From positions 124,001 to 188,000 of the forward strand of contig JAPEUI010000019.1 in the NCBI GenBank assembly GCA_026025075.1: DNA of 64,000 nucleotides, read 5' to 3'. The first letter of the stretch is position 1, and every line of letters begins with the position of its first letter. Below, one piece after another: positions 62,330 to 64,000 of the stretch. Below the pieces are notes generated by a model, which had not been told where the DNA came from, searched no databases, and worked only from the letters and a program-made list of their open reading frames with translations. The position numbers and the translations under genes were made by a program. This stretch comes from Vezdaea acicularis. Its lineage: Eukaryota.

Positions 62330-62803
62330 ATGTTTGGACCCTTCCGCCTGACCTCCCCGCTCAGCGGCGGTCTTCTCTGGTACCTCCCCCCTCTCAACCC
62401 ACCAACTCATCCGACCCATCTAACCCTCTGGCAGGAAAATCCCCTACCGGCTCTCCCAGCCGCAAAAAGCGCGACACCGCGCACGACTACGCCGCGTCGA
62501 CAAAATCATCGGGGTCGTCGACCGCGCCCTGGCGAAAGCGGGGTTATCCACCAAAGCGGTTGAGCGCTGGAAAGGGGAGATGCCGGCTGAGAGAGAGATG
62601 CGCCCGCGGGATAAGTATACGGTGTTTGATCGTAAGGCGAAGGGGTACAGGAAGGGGATACATAGTGAGTTTGTGGTTTTCTCTTTTTGTGAGAAGGAGG
62701 GGGGGATGGAGATGGGAAATGGGGGGGGATTGAGGCTAATGTGTTTACAGAGGTGCCGAAGTGGACGAGGGTTAGTCAACGGGTGAATCCGCCGGGGTAT
62801 TGA
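62330..62803 (+). CDS. MRPL31: Mitochondrial large-subunit ribosomal protein L31 (mL60)
   Basis: MFGPFRLTSPLSGGLLW|KIPYRLS..RLRRVD..RDKYTVFDRKAKGYRKGIH|..VPKWTRVSQRVNPPGY; two introns. Confidence 0.92.
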
Positions 62804-63123
62804 GGACTGTCTTTGGATGTTTCTGGGGAAGGAATGGAGGGGGGTTGGTGTAGCATGCCGAGGATGTTACAGTTAGCATCATCGCACCCTGCGACTAGGG
62901 AGACTTTGAGGGTATCATGTAGTAATATTTTGATCAGCATCATCAGCGGAAAAAAGAGGCGTTAATCCCACCATCCACCCTAAAGGCAAATTTGCTCGCC
63001 AAGCACCGTTAACCAAGCCCTTGACATTTCTTCATGTTGCGATGAACAATTCTTCGTCAAAATGCCGTCAAGCATGAAACTCCCCCAGCACCATATCCAA
63101 CGCCCATCCCTCCTTCCCATGCA

Positions 63124-64000
63124 TTACCCCTTCGCCAATTGCATCCTCTCCACCCCTGGACCTCTCCCCTCCCTGACCGCCCTCCTGCCCTCCACAAAGA
63201 CATTTTCCCTCCTCCCCACGCCAAGGCCCAAATCCTCAATCCTAAGCCTCTTGATATCCACGGTATCCATCTCCTCATCCTCCGCCTGGCGCTTAAGCGG
63301 GATCTCCGCTCCGCCAGGCAGACGGACACTGCGGGCCCCAAGGGTCCTCTTCATGTCTTCGAGCAGAACCTGCATGGGACAGATATACGCGATAGCGTTA
63401 CGTTCGCACCACGCGAGAACGTGTCCACAGACGCGCCCGTCGCTGTTCGAGATCACCCACGCCCCGGAGTCGCCACCGACTGTGTTGCATGTCAGTCACG
63501 AGGAAAATTGGAGGGAGTTGGGAAGATGGAACTAACCGCCAAAACGGCCCATGACGTGCCAACTCCGGGAGTATGAGCGGCGTCCAAAAACCTTCACGGA
63601 GCTCATAGCCGGGCTGATCATGCCGCCCTGTAAGCCGCTCGTGCGGCCAAGACAGTGCACTTCGAGGTTACCCAGCTGGTCCCCTGGTGCGACGGCTGTG
63701 GGATAGAGGTCTTCCTCCGGCTTGAAGAGCGGATGTCTGCAGACCGGATCGAGCAGATCCGGGTGTGCCTGCGCGCCACCTTCTCTGCTGAAGCGCCGCC
63801 CGCCTTGGATCAGGTTGTGCGGCTGTAAGCGGCTGTTGGAGACTTTGAGCAACGCCCAGTCGATCTCGTGCTTGATGCCGTTGCGCTTCCAGCGCCGCAC
63901 GCCAGAGGAGGCGTGTACGTGGCCCAGTGTATGCGAGTCGAGGTGCTCTTCATCACGCTCTTCGTCGTTAGGGAAGAAGTTGTCATCGACGTCGTCGATC
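63124..64000 (-). CDS. Trypsin-like (PA clan) serine protease-domain protein, 3' portion; 5' end lies outside the window
   Basis: DWALLKV (catalytic Asp region), GRTSGL, and [11 protein letters not shown] (catalytic Ser motif) formed across intron 63480-63536. Confidence 0.75.

Noticed and set aside
1..64000. tRNA, rRNA, CRISPR array, transposase or reverse transcriptase, secondary-metabolite cluster
   Set aside because: No T-loop/cloverleaf signature outside coding sequence, no repeat-spacer array, and no mobile-element or PKS/NRPS motifs seen by eye.

Overview
Gene-dense, intron-containing fungal genomic DNA. Short GT-AG introns with CTRAY-type branch points and the gene content point to a filamentous ascomycete (Pezizomycotina); the class cannot be fixed from this window. 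About 25 protein genes can be built by hand. They include the 3' part of midasin (MDN1), a CLC channel, a VIP36-like lectin, the PKA catalytic subunit, SIN1, a PRCC-family protein, an F-box protein, PDA1, a FAM160/FHIP protein, NC2-alpha, an alpha/beta hydrolase, a RING/RS-rich protein, TIM23, THADA/TRM732, SNX41/ATG20, a GFA protein, a TALE homeobox factor, NUP82, CBC2, TRS20, MRPL31 and a partial trypsin-like protease gene. No tRNA, rRNA, transposon or CRISPR signal was seen. The best non-obvious signal is a ~216-nt box C/D RNA (28627-28842) in an apparently non-coding region. Its 11-nt guide is complementary to U2 snRNA, and the D+5 rule lands on the G equivalent to vertebrate U2 Gm25. It also carries a long G.U-containing internal hairpin, as in scaRNAs. 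Also notable are repeated GC-rich islands with a C-rich to G-rich skew flip regardless of gene orientation, and two alternative in-frame terminal exons for the homeobox gene. All exon boundaries and folds were read by eye; no searches or computations were run.
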